Of a DNA stretch of 64,000 nucleotides, positions 33,309 to 44,329 are shown in pieces. The notes under the pieces are model-generated. The model was not told the DNA's origin. It was given only the letters and a program-made list of their open reading frames with translations, and ran no database searches. A program made the position numbers and the translations under genes. The DNA lies in assembly GCA_014905635.1 (NCBI GenBank), contig JABVCE010000011.1, positions 186,001-250,000 of the forward strand. Reading direction: 5' to 3'. The stretch's first letter is position 1, and every line of letters begins with the position of its first letter. This DNA is from Scenedesmus sp. PABB004. Lineage: Eukaryota.

Positions 33309-34987
33309 TCAGCTCGGTCCGGCGCGCCGCCCGCCGTCGGCGTGCGCGGCCTGCGCCGCCACAGCAGCGCCGCCCGCGGCGCGCGCAAACGCCGCCGCCG
33401 CTGCTTCGGTGGCCTCTGCCACCTCGTCGGTGCCGGCGGGCGCCGCCGCCGCGCTGCGCGCCGCGAGGTGCGCCGTCAGCTGGCCCGCGCGGTGCGCAAA
33501 GTCGGCCGCGGCCGTGCGATACGCCGCCGCTGCCGCGGCGCGCTTGGCCGCGGCCGCCGCGCGCGGCAACGCCAGCGCGCTCGTCACGCCGGCGCACAGC
33601 GCGTCGGCCGTCGCGTGGCCGCCCGCCGCGGCTGGCACCAGCACGCCGCTGTCGGGCGTGACCAGCTGGCTCAGCGGCGGCGCGTGCAGCGTGACCACGA
33701 GCGCGCCCGTGGCGCCCACGGCGCGGCCGCTGTTCACGCAGTGCGCCCAGCCCGAGCCCGCCGCCGATGAGGGGCACAGCACCAGCGCCGCGGCAGCCTT
33801 CAGGTCAAACACGCGCGACGAGTCAGCCGCCGACAGCCACACCACGCGCGCGCCCGCGCGCGCCGGCGGCGCCGGCGGCGCGCCCCGCGCCGCGACGACC
33901 GCCAGCGGCGGCAGCTCCGGCCGCGCCGCCCAGCAGCGCAGCACCGCGGCGTCCGCGGCCGCGTCGCCGCCCTGCACGTGCAGCGCGAAGCCGCGGGCGT
34001 CGCCGGCGGCGACGCCCGCGGTCGCCGCGGCGAGCACGTCGCCGCTCGTCGCGACGGCCGGGTCGGGCGAGGCGAGGCCGACGAACCACACGGACGCCCA
34101 GATGCGCCGCGCGAGCAGCGCCTCGCGCAGGGCCGCCTCGGCGTGGCGCGTGGTGACGAGGAACGCGCCGACGCGGCGGTGCGCCGCGGCGTCGCGCGCC
34201 GGCAGCGCGCCGTCGTGCGAGAGCGCGAGGTGCAGCACGCCCGCGTTGTAAGGCGCGAGGGACGCGGGGTCGATGGGCCCGTGCGGCAGGAACAGGCGCG
34301 CGGTCTGGCGCCCGCACAGGTCGTCGGCGGGCGGCCGCGGCGCGGGCACGACGCGGCCGCCGGCGTGCACCACGAACAGCGCGGCGTCGGTGCACGCGTC
34401 GCGCGTGCGGCCCGCCGCCGGCAGGACGATGTCGAGGGCGGGGCAGTGCCTGGCGGGCGCGCGGCGGGCGCGGCGTGGGCGGGCGCGACGGTCGTGCGCG
34501 GCGGGGCGCGCGGGGCCGTGCGCGCGGCGGCGCTGCGCGGCCCCCTCACTGCGGGTCGGCGGCGCGCGTCGCGACGACGCTACGCGTGCTGTCCAGGTAG
34601 ATGGCCGAGCCCTGCCGCGCCGCGCACTCATCGACGACCGACCGCAGCAGCAGCTCGTCGGACGCGTGGCGCTGCGGGTCGAGTGCGTGGCTCCGCGGCG
34701 CGGGGCCGAGGGGGCTGGCCGCGATGCGCCGCACGAGCGCGCGCGTGAACGCGGCGCGCATTCCCAGCGCCAGCAGCGCGCCGCCGAGCAGCGCCGCCGC
34801 GACGAGCGCCGGGAGCGGCCAGGGCGGGCCCTGCTGCCCGGGCCTGCGCGCGCGCGGGCAGCAGCGGTTGGCGCGCGGCGGTTGGCGGGCGCTGCGCGCC
34901 GCGAATGCACGGCACGCCTTGGCCTCCCGGCAGCTGGCCCGGGCCCCACCTGGCGCCTGGCCGTCGCTTGGGCGTCATCGGCGCCAT
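33309..34987 (-). CDS. Type II membrane, GT-B (group 1)-like glycosyltransferase homolog, degenerate
   Basis: N-terminal TM (PWPLPALVAAALLGGALLALGM); C-terminal LVLCPSS..GWAHCVNSGRAVG..GALVVTLHAPPLSQLVTPDSGVLVP resembles the PS..EGFG..I.EA.A.G..V.T...P..ELV....G.LV motif; 3 exons. Confidence 0.55.
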
Positions 34988-35428
34988 GCCGGGGCAGCCC
35001 GCGGCAGCGGGCAGCGGGCAGCGGCGGCTGCTGCCAGCAGCGGCAGCGGCGGCGGCAGCGGCTGGCCAGAGAGTTCGCGAGGCCGCGACCACGCGGGCGC
35101 AACTCGAGGGCTCGGAGGGGCCAAGCGGGAAGCGAGTGCGTGCTGCGGCGGCGCCGGGAGCGGCGGCAGCAGCGCTGCGCTCGAGCGCAGCAGCGAGCCA
35201 GAGGCGGCTGCTGCGAGCCCCGAGCGTCTGGCGGTGCGGCTGGCGGCGCGCACTGTGGGTGTGGATTAGGGTGCGTTTCTGCGCTGCGCGTCGCACCGTC
35301 GCACCGGCGCACCGCGAGGGTTCTGTAGACGCGCCCCGCTCGCGTGCGGGCGCCGCCTTGCTAAGTTCGGTCAGACGTTCGCCAGCCAGCGCGTCTCAGC
35401 GCCGGCAGTCGGCCCGACGCGCCGCCGC

Positions 35429-36455
35429 TCACGCCGCGCACGCGAGCTGCCCCGTGCGCCCCTTGGTGGACTGCCCGGTCGGGCAGGCCACGCAGCGCGC
35501 GGCGCCGCCGCTGGTGGGCGCGAAGCGCGTGTTGACGGGGCAGGGCTTGCAGGTGTTGGTCTTGGGGTGCGACAGCGTGCCGGGCTTGCACGCGACGCAC
35601 GCCTTGGTGGCCGCGCTCCAGCCCTTGCCGGCGCCGCACGCCGGCGGCGGCACCTCGACGCACTTGCCGGTGCAGGTGGCCTTGTCGAGCACGCAGGTTG
35701 ACTTGTAGATGGCCGACACGCACCGCATGCTGGCGCAGGGGCGGTTGGGGCACGCCGGCGCCACGCAGCGCGCGGTGCAGGTGGCCCAGTCGTTCACGCA
35801 GTCGTTCCCGGCGGCGCAGGTCGCCGCGGCGCAGGGCGGGAACGCGCACAGGGAGCCGCCTGCGTGCCGCGGGGCGGGCGCGCGGGCGCGGCCGTTCAGC
35901 GCCCAGGCGGCGGCGGCGGCGGTGGCGGCGGTGGCGGCGTGCGCGGGCGGCCCGCCCCGCCGCCGCCGCGCGGTCACCTGCAGGCTGGGCCGTGCCCGCG
36001 GGCGTGGCCGGCTTGCAGACGGCGTTGCAGCCGCCGCAGTAGTCGCTGACGCAGCGCTCGCCCGCGGCGCAGACCTTGGTGTGGCAGGGGTCGGCGAAGC
36101 AGTTGACCATGGCCACGCCCGCGGGGCAGCCGCCCGGCTTGGGCGCGGCGGCGGGGAGCGGGCGCGGCAGCGAGAGCACGACCTCGCCCGGCGCCGGCGC
36201 CTCGGCGACGGCGACGGCGGGCTCCGGCGTCACCGACAGTGCGTGCATCATGCCCTCCGGCTCGCACGCCGCGGCGCAGCCGCCGCAGTTGTCGACGCGG
36301 CACACGTAGCCCCCGACGCAGCGCACGCCCGCGCATGGGTCGGCGGCCCCGGAGCAGTCGTGGATTGTCTTCGCGCAGCCCGCAGCCGCGCGCTGCGTGG
36401 CCGAGACCGCCAGCAGGGCCACCAAGAGGCCGGCCGCGGCGCGGCGGGGCGCCAT
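35429..36455 (-). CDS. Secreted cysteine-rich repeat protein, 2 exons
   Basis: Signal peptide MAPRRAAAGLLVALLAVSATQRAAA; repeated C..DPC....C..G..C..D.CGGC.A.C modules and C-terminal C.AC.PG-type repeats. Confidence 0.75.
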
Positions 36456-36942
36456 GGCGACGCGGCGGGGCGCCGTGGCGCGGTGCTGCTGGAGGTGCCG
36501 GCGCGCGCTGGCGGCGGCGCGCTGGGCCTGGCGGCGGCGCGTGGAGGTGTGTGGGCTGTGCGGCGGCCGGTTCCAACGGCACGCGCGGCTGGAGGGGCGC
36601 GCTGCCGTGGCGGGGGCGGAGGCGCGTGCGAGCGGCCGCGGGCTGTGTGTGTGGCGCAGTGGCGATGTGTGTGGGCGAGCTAGAGCGTGAGAGCACGGCG
36701 ATCTTGGGCGGGAGCTCGGCGGAGCTGGGAGCTGGGCGGCCGGGGCTCAGCTGACCAGGTGCGGCCAGCTGCTCGGCGGTCTCGGCGCGGTGCCGCCAAT
36801 GGCACAAGGTCGTCGCAGCTCGCCAGGCCACACGGTTGCATCCACCGACCGCAGCTGCAGCTCGCCTCGGGCACGACGCGTGCGCGGGCGCCAGGCGCGG
36901 CGCGATTACGCGGGCGCGGCGCCAGGCGCGGCGCCGGCGGGC

Positions 36943-37614
36943 CTATTTGCAAAACTTGTCGGCCTTGGTCGCGGCGCGCATGTCGAGGCGCTCGCTCGCG
37001 GTGTCGCCGCGGACCTTGGTGGTGTAGCCGTGCAGGATCTCGGGCGCCTCGCGGTACGTGCTGCCCCAGGGCACCGACTTGACCTTGGGCTTCTGCGGGG
37101 GGGCGGCGGCGCGGCGCGGGTCCGGCGGCGGCGACGCAGGCGGCGCGCGCGGGCAGCAGCCCCCGCGCCAGCCGCCCCGGCCGCACCGCGATGCGCTGCT
37201 GCTCGAGCTCAAACTCCTCCTCGTAGCTCTTGCCGCTCATCACGCTGATCGCGCCCGCCCGCGCCGCCGGCGGCGGCGGCGCCGCCGGCATCGCCCGCGG
37301 CACGCCGAGCTCATACTCGGCCGCGCCGCCGCCGCCGCCGGCGTCGGCGGGCGGCGCGCCGGCGTCGCCGCCCGCGAGCGGCTGCTGCTCCGGGTCGGCG
37401 GCGCCGTCCTCCGGCGCCTTGGGCTTCTTGTGCTTCTTCTTCTTCTCGACCTTGCCGGCGGCCTTCAGCGGCGCGCCGCCTGCGCGCGGGCGGCGGCAGC
37501 GGCGCCGCCACGTTGGAGCCGCCGCGCGACGCCGCCGCCACCGCTGCCACTGTCGCTGCTGCCAGCGCGAGCGGAAGGCGCACCCTTGAGGACGAGCTTG
37601 CCGCCGATCGGCAT
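36943..37614 (-). CDS. Small Lys-rich protein of unknown function, probably nuclear, 3 exons
   Basis: MPIGGKLVLKG|G..KVEKKKKHKK..GKSYEEEFELEQQRIA|KPKVKSVPWG..EILHGY..RLDMRAATKADKFCK-TAG with clean GT-AG introns. Confidence 0.7.
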
Positions 37615-38012
37615 CGTGAGCGGGCTGAGCGCAGAGCAGCAGCTAGGCCCGCATGGGGCAAGCCTGCCCCTAGGGGCGCGCAGGCGGCCCCCCGCAGTCG
37701 CTGCCGCCCCTTCCGGCGGGTAGCGCGGGGCGTGGTGCAGCTCCCGGCTCTGACGGAGTCGCTGGCGTGGAGGCGCCGCTGCCGCTGCTGCTGCCGCCGC
37801 TGCTGTCGGCACACCGCACGCGGCCGGGCCAGGAGCGCGTTCCCTTTGCCAAAGCGGACCGAGGAATGCCCCCGCGCACCGCACACGCTTCCCCCTGCAG
37901 CCGCGGCGCCGCACGGCGAGCGTGCCAGAACCGCCGGCGCGCGCGCCGCCGCCGGCCCGGCAATGATCGATGATGCCGTTCCGCCAGATGAACAAGGCTT
38001 GGCCCGCTGGGC

Positions 38013-38853
38013 TTAGATGACGTACTCCGGATCCTCCTTGCGCTCCGCCCACTTGGCCGCCGCGACGCTCTCGTCCACCGTCGCCTCGACCTCGCCCTGC
38101 GGCGCGGGGCAGGGGCAGCGCGGGGCGGGGGCGGCAGGCGGCGTGGGCGCGCCGCCGGGCCGGCCGCCCGCGCCCGCCGCTGCGCCAAAGCCGCCTGCGC
38201 GCGCGCGTGGCGCGCCCGGCTCACCCCGTGCACGCCCCGGATCTCGGCGGCGGCGGCCTTGGCCCTGCTGCGCGACGCCGCCGGCGCGGCCGCGGGCGCG
38301 GGCGCCGCCTGCGCCTGCTGCTCCGGCTGCGGGTGGCCCGCCCCGCGGACCTGTGCGTCCATGTACAGCCGCGCGTCCGCCTGCTGCCACTGCGCCTGCG
38401 CCTCGGGCTGCGCCGGCGCCTCCGGCTGCGCCGGCGCCTCTGGCTGCGCCTGCGACGCCGGCTGCGGCTCCGCCGGCCGGGCCGCGCCGTTGCTCGCGGG
38501 CGCCGCGGGCCGCGCGCTGCCGTTGGCCTGCGCCGCCGGCGCCGGCGGCCGCGCGGCCGCCTCCTCCTGGCTCGCGCGCGCCGCGACCGCGTCCCACGCT
38601 GCCTCGGATGCGGCGACGTCGGCGCGGCTGCGGCCGCGGCGCCGCGCCGGCGCGGGCGGCGCCACCGGCGCCGGCGCCGCGTCTGCCGCGCCCGCCTGCT
38701 CCGCCGGGGCCTCCAGCCCGCGGTCGTCGTCACAGAAGGGGTCGTAGCTCAGCGGCCGCCACTGCTGCATCTTCTCAGCAGGGTTGCCTGCGCGCGCCGC
38801 GGCGGCGGCGGCGGGCCGGGCGCGTCGGCGGCGGGGCGCGCGCGCGCCGCGCG

Positions 38854-38890
<37 letters not shown>

Positions 38891-41000
38891 CGCGGCGCGG
38901 CGCGGCGCGGCGCGCGCGCCCGTGACGGCGCCGACCGGGCGCGCGGGGCTGCCGGCGACCATGGTGTGCGGCGGCACGGGCTTCAGCACGAGGCTCCCCG
39001 CCGCGATCTGGGCGCCCTCGCCGACGCGGATGTTGCCCAGCACCGTCGCCGAGGCGCCGATGAGCACGTTGTCGCTGATCTTGGGGTGCCGGTCGCCGTG
39101 CGTCTTGCCGGTGCCGCCGAGCGTCACGTTCTGCGCAGCGGACGGCGCGCGCCGCCGGCAGGGGGCGGACGTAAGCCGGCGGCAGGGGGCCCCGGCGCGT
39201 CGCGTCGTCGCCGTCGCCCACGCACGCGCCCTCCCACGCGCCCGCCCCGCGCGCCCGCCCCCGTGCCGCCACGCCCCCGCGCCGCCGCGCCCGCGCCGCC
39301 ACGGCTGCGCCCCCGAGCGCGCGCCGCTGCTGCGCCTGCGCTACCGCGCGCGCTTGCCTGGAGGAGGGAGACGTTGTTCCCAATGACCGCCGTCTCGCCG
39401 ATGACGACGCCGGTGCCGTGGTCCAGCAGGATACCCTGGCCCAGCTTGGCGGCGGGGTGGATGTCAACGGCGAGCACCTGGGGGCGTGAGAGGCAGGGAG
39501 GGGGCGTGGACGCGGGGCGGGGCGGCGGGCGGAGTGAGGGAGCGACGGAAGGGAGCTCGGCGGGCGGCGGAGCAGCAGCGGGGCGCGGGGCGAGGGAGCG
39601 GGTTTAGGTGAACCCTAAACCCTGAGCGGCGGCGGCGGCGGCGCGGCGCGCGCCTCGCTCATGCGCGACTGCAGCGCGACCGCCATGACGCGCTGCCCGC
39701 GCGCCCAGAGCGCGTGCGCGATGCGGTGCGTCTGCAGGGCGTGGTAGCCCTTGTAGTAGAGCAGCGCCTGGCTGTAGCTCGTGCACGCGGGGTCCTGCGC
39801 GGGCCCGCGGCGGCGGACGCGGACGCGGCGGTGCGGTCGCCAGGGGGCGGCGGCGGCAGGGGCCGCGGCGCGGGCGCGGGCGGCGGCGGCAGCGGCGGCG
39901 GCGGGCGGCAGAGCGGACGGGGGAGGGGGGCGCGGGCGCGGGCGCGCGGCGCGGCGCACCCGCTCGCGGCAGGCCTCCACGTCGGCGAGCGCGCCCTGGC
40001 GCACGTCGGGCTCGCTCGTCAGCACCTGGTAAAAGGTCTCGAACAGCTGCGGGCGCGGGGCGGGCGGGTGTCCCGTTTGTGTTGGCGAGGGTGGTGGGTG
40101 CCGGCGTGTGGGGCGCAGCCGCCGCGCCGCCGCGCCGCCCGCGCCTGCGTGGGCAGCATGACCGCGTTGGCGAGGCGGTTTGACAGCACAAACGCGAGCG
40201 CGCGCTCGAACGAGTCGTGGGCGAGGATGGTGGCGTAGAGAAAACTGCTCAGCAGCGGCTCGCCCGCGGCGTCGCGCTCCGCCTCGCGCCTGCGCGGGCG
40301 CGGGCGCGGGCGCGTCGGCGCGTCGGCGCGGCGGCGGCGGCGCAGGCGCGGCGGGCGGGCGCTGCTCCTCCCGGCGCGCCCGCCACGCCCGCCACTGCTG
40401 CCGCTGCCGCCGCGGCCGCCGCCGCCGCCGCTGCCGCGGCCGCCGCGACGCTGCCGCTGCCCGGCCCCCGGCGGCAGGGCGCGCGCGCGCGCGCGCGCGC
40501 CTGATGGACAGCCAGACCGCGCCGTCGTCCTCCTCCTCAGCCGCCCCCGCCGCGGCGGCGTCGCCCTCGTCCGGAGCGCTCGCGTGCGCCTGGCGGCGCT
40601 CCGCGGCCTTCACGGCGCGGTCGAACTCGCGGCACACGTCCTTCCGGTGCTTCTCCCGGCTCTGCAGGTAGCTGGGGAAGGCCAGCGTGCTCCAGACGTA
40701 GTCCTCGTCCGAGGCGCCGGCCGCGCCCGCGCCCGCGCCTGCGGCGGCGGCGGCGGCGGGCGGGGCGCGGCTGCTGTCGGCGCGCCGCCGGCGGCGGCGG
40801 CCGACGCCGCGGCTGGCGCGCCTCCGTGGGCGCTCCTATCCGCCCCTCCAATCAGCGCGCCCCGCGCGCCCCTCACGTGCGCTGGACGCCCGCCGCGACG
40901 CTGCTCGGCCCGGCATCCGCGCCCGGGCCTCCCCGACCGCGCCCCGCGGGGCCGGGCAGCGAGCAGCGGACTGGCCGGGAGGCGCTGCCACCAGCGCCAT
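38013..41000 (-). CDS. SAT: Serine O-acetyltransferase with N-terminal presequence
   Basis: [81 protein letters not shown]-terminus EYVI. Confidence 0.95.
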
Positions 41001-42487
41001 GGCCCCGGAGGCCGCGGCAGGCCCCGGCTGCGGCGCTGGCTGCGCGGCGGCGGCGACTGCTGCTCGCAGCGGCGTGCGCTGGCGGCCGTGCGAGCGACGT
41101 CCGCGGCCGAGCGATGGACGCTGCGCGGGGGAGTGCGGGCGGTCTGGGCGGCGCCGCCCAGGTGCTGCCGCCGGCCTCGTGGTCACGCCGCGGCGACCGC
41201 GCGGGCGCGACGCCGCGCGGACTTGGAAGCGGCGCCGCTAGGGGGGGAGGTCTCTTGCTGGCTGCTGCTGGCAGGGCCTGTCGGGGCACATCACACACGC
41301 TCCCCGGCCGCGGGATTGCGGGCGCGCGGCGAGGCGGCCCACACAGCCGCCACGAGGTGCCAGCCCGCGCACGAACAAGCTTTACACGCCGTGACGACGA
41401 CGGCCACCACCACCACCACCACCACCCAGAGAGCCGCACAGACAGCCCCGCCACCGAACGACCTCACCCGATGACGACGACGAAAGAAGAAGACACGCAC
41501 ACGGCCGAGAAGCAGCCTCGCGCCCTCACGTCAGCAGCCAGCTCGCGCGCGCTCGGGCGCCGCCGCCCGCCCGCGGGCAGCATTGTGCCCGCGGCGGCGC
41601 GGCGGCGCACGTGGGTTGGGCCGCAGGCGCTCGCGCCCGCGGCCCTGCCCCCCCCCCCCCCCCTCGCCCCCTGTCCCTCGCCCGCTTGCCCTCTCGCGCA
41701 CCCTGGCGTGGGCGCGTTCGTTCTCCCTCGTCGCGGCCCTCCTCCTCCTGCTGCGGTGCGTGTCGCGCCGTCTCGGTCAGGCGCCCCCGCGGGGCGCTCG
41801 CTCCCACCACCACCACCACGCCCGCTCGTCACCAACGCCGCCCTGCCCTCAAACTCAACCTCAACCTCGCTCAAACCGCTGTTGGGTGCTCATATGCAGG
41901 CGCGCCGCGCGAGCTGCAGCGGCAGCAGCGGGGGCCGCCGCCGCGCCGCAGGAGCGGCGGCGGGGCACACAGACAAACGCGCGACACAGACGGGCGCCGC
42001 CGGCGGAAAGGACCGGAGGGTGCGTGCGTCGTCACATCATCATCGTTCAAACACTCACCAGCGGGGGGGGGGGGGGGATTCAAGTCGCTCGCCACCAAGA
42101 CAAGCTCGCAGCAAGCATCAGCATCAACAAAACGCAGCAACACAGGCATGGTACACTGGAGCGCCGGCCGGCGCCAGCGGCGGCGCACGGCGGGCCCCGC
42201 ACTCACAACACAGCCGGGCGGAGGCGGCCGGGGCCGCGCTCCCCCGCTCCTGCCGCCAGGCGGCGGCAGCCAGCAGCCCTCCCCAGGCGGGCGGCGGCCC
42301 CAGCGGGCGGCGCTCGCTGGCGCGCGCGCGCGGGCGGGCCCTCGCGTGAGCGGGGCGCACGTCAAAGTGTGCAGTTTGACTATATGCTTGCACGAAGCGT
42401 TGCCGCGAGTCGCTCAGTGCTCGCGGTGCGGCGCGCGGGGTGGGGGGGCGCGGCGGGGCCGCCGGGCAGCCCCTGCGCGGCGCGCTC

Positions 42488-44158
42488 TCAATAGTAGCGC
42501 GCGGCGCCGCGCGAGCTCGACGGCACGGGCTGCTGCGGTAGCGCCAGGTGGGCGTAGTGCCCAGGGTGCTGCTGCTGCAGTCGCTGCGCCTGGCGGTGCC
42601 GCCGCTGCGCGGCCGCGCGGAACTCCTGCAGCACGGTGCCCTCGTCCACGACCTGCGCGGCGCGGCGCGCGCGGGGCGTCGCGCCGCGCCGGCGACGCTG
42701 CCGCCGCGACTGCAGCGGGCGCCGACGGCAGCCGCGAGCGCCGCCGCGGGCGCGCACGCACCTGCATGGAAAAGTGGCGGTGCACCGCCAGCATGAGCGC
42801 GTCAATCGGCGCGCTCGGCTCCACGTCGGCCAGCTGGAACACGCGCCGATAGCGCCGCAGCGAGACCTCCTCCAGCCGCGACAGGTCCACCAGCTGCGGG
42901 CGCGGGGGGCGCGCGGGGGCGCGCGGGGGCGCGCGGCGCGTCGGCGCCCGGCCGCGGCGCGCGCGGCGGCGGCGGCGGCGGCGGAGGCGGCGGAGCACGC
43001 GCAGCGCGCGCAGCTGGCTGCCGCTGCGGCTGCGGCGCGCACCGTCGCGCCGGCGCCGTAGTGGCTGCTCGCCTTGGACGAGGCGTAAGCCGGTTTGAAC
43101 GCGTCTGCAGCGGGCGGCGGCGGCCGGGTCAGCGGCGGCCCGCCCACGCCGCGGGCTCCCGCGCCGGCGCCCACCCGCCGCGCGCGCCGCGCCGGGCTGC
43201 CACTCCCGCGCGCGCGCACCTGGCACCGGCGACAGCGCCTTGGGCGGGCGCCGCACGCGCGGCCGCGTGAGGATCTCTGCGGCAGCGGCGGCGGCGGCGC
43301 GGCCGTGGGTGGGCCGCGGCGCGGCGGCCGCCTTGACCGGCGCGGCGCGGCGCGGCGCCGCCCCCGGTCGCGCGCCGTGGCGCGCTCACCGATCTGGGGC
43401 TCCCTGGCCTCGGTCATCTCGTCGCTGGACGAGTCCTGCGCGTCGTCTGGGCCGTACTCGAGCACGACGAGCGCGTTGCGCTGGAGCTTGACCTCCTGGC
43501 CGTTGGACAGCACCTGCGGCCCGCGCGCGGGGCGCATGCGTGAGAGCCCGGCGCGGGGCGGCGCCTGGGCGGGCCCGCGGGGGCGCGGCGCCGCCCGGGT
43601 GACGACGACCGCGGCCCCCTAGTAGGGTTGCCCGCGCTGAGAGCCCGCGCCGCGGCGCTGCGCGGCGTTTCCGCTCGCGGAGGCCGTTCCAGGCGGATCC
43701 GGCGCGCGGCGGCGGGCGGTCGGGCCCGCGTGGCGCGGCGCGGCGGTGTCGCAGGTTTGCGCGCTAGGGGAGGGCCTCCCCGCGCGCTGCGCGCCCGGCC
43801 GGGCCCGATCGCGCCTGCTTCCGCCCCTCCCGATCGCCGGGCGACCCCAGCGGGCGCGCCGCGCCGCGCGGCGGCCGCTGGCGGCCGGGCGCTGCGCGCT
43901 GCCCCCCGATTGCTGAGGCCACCAACCCACCAGGAAGTGCCAGCCGCCGAGGCCGACCGCCTTCTTAACAATGGCCTCCTGCCCGACGAACGCCGCCTTG
44001 GTGCGGTTGTTGCCGACCACCAGCACGCGCGTGCGCTTGGGGAGGATGGCGAGCCCGCCGGCGTCGTCCTGCGAGCTCGCGCCGCTGCTGCTGGCCACGG
44101 GCGAGCCCTTGGGCTCGAGCGCGCCGCCCAGCAGCGGCTGATGCATCGACGCCAGCAT
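42488..44158 (-). CDS. Plant-type SAP30-like Sin3/HDAC complex subunit
   Basis: LPKRTRVLVVGNNRTK..VG..AIVKKAVGLGGWH.LVLSNG.EVKLQRNAL; C-terminal VDLSRL...SLRRY..F.L..AVHRHF....VDE..VL..F. Confidence 0.85.
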
Positions 44159-44329
44159 GCGCGGCGCAGGCGCGCGCGGGCGGGCGCGGGCGCGCGGTGC
44201 GTGCGCGCGTGGGCGTCGAGGGCGGACGGCGCGGGGCGCGGGCGCGCTGCGATTGGGGCGGCGCGCGCGGGGCGCGCGGCAAGTTGCCAGCGAGTGTTAC
44301 GCCGGCACGATATTTCCCACGCCGGCCGG

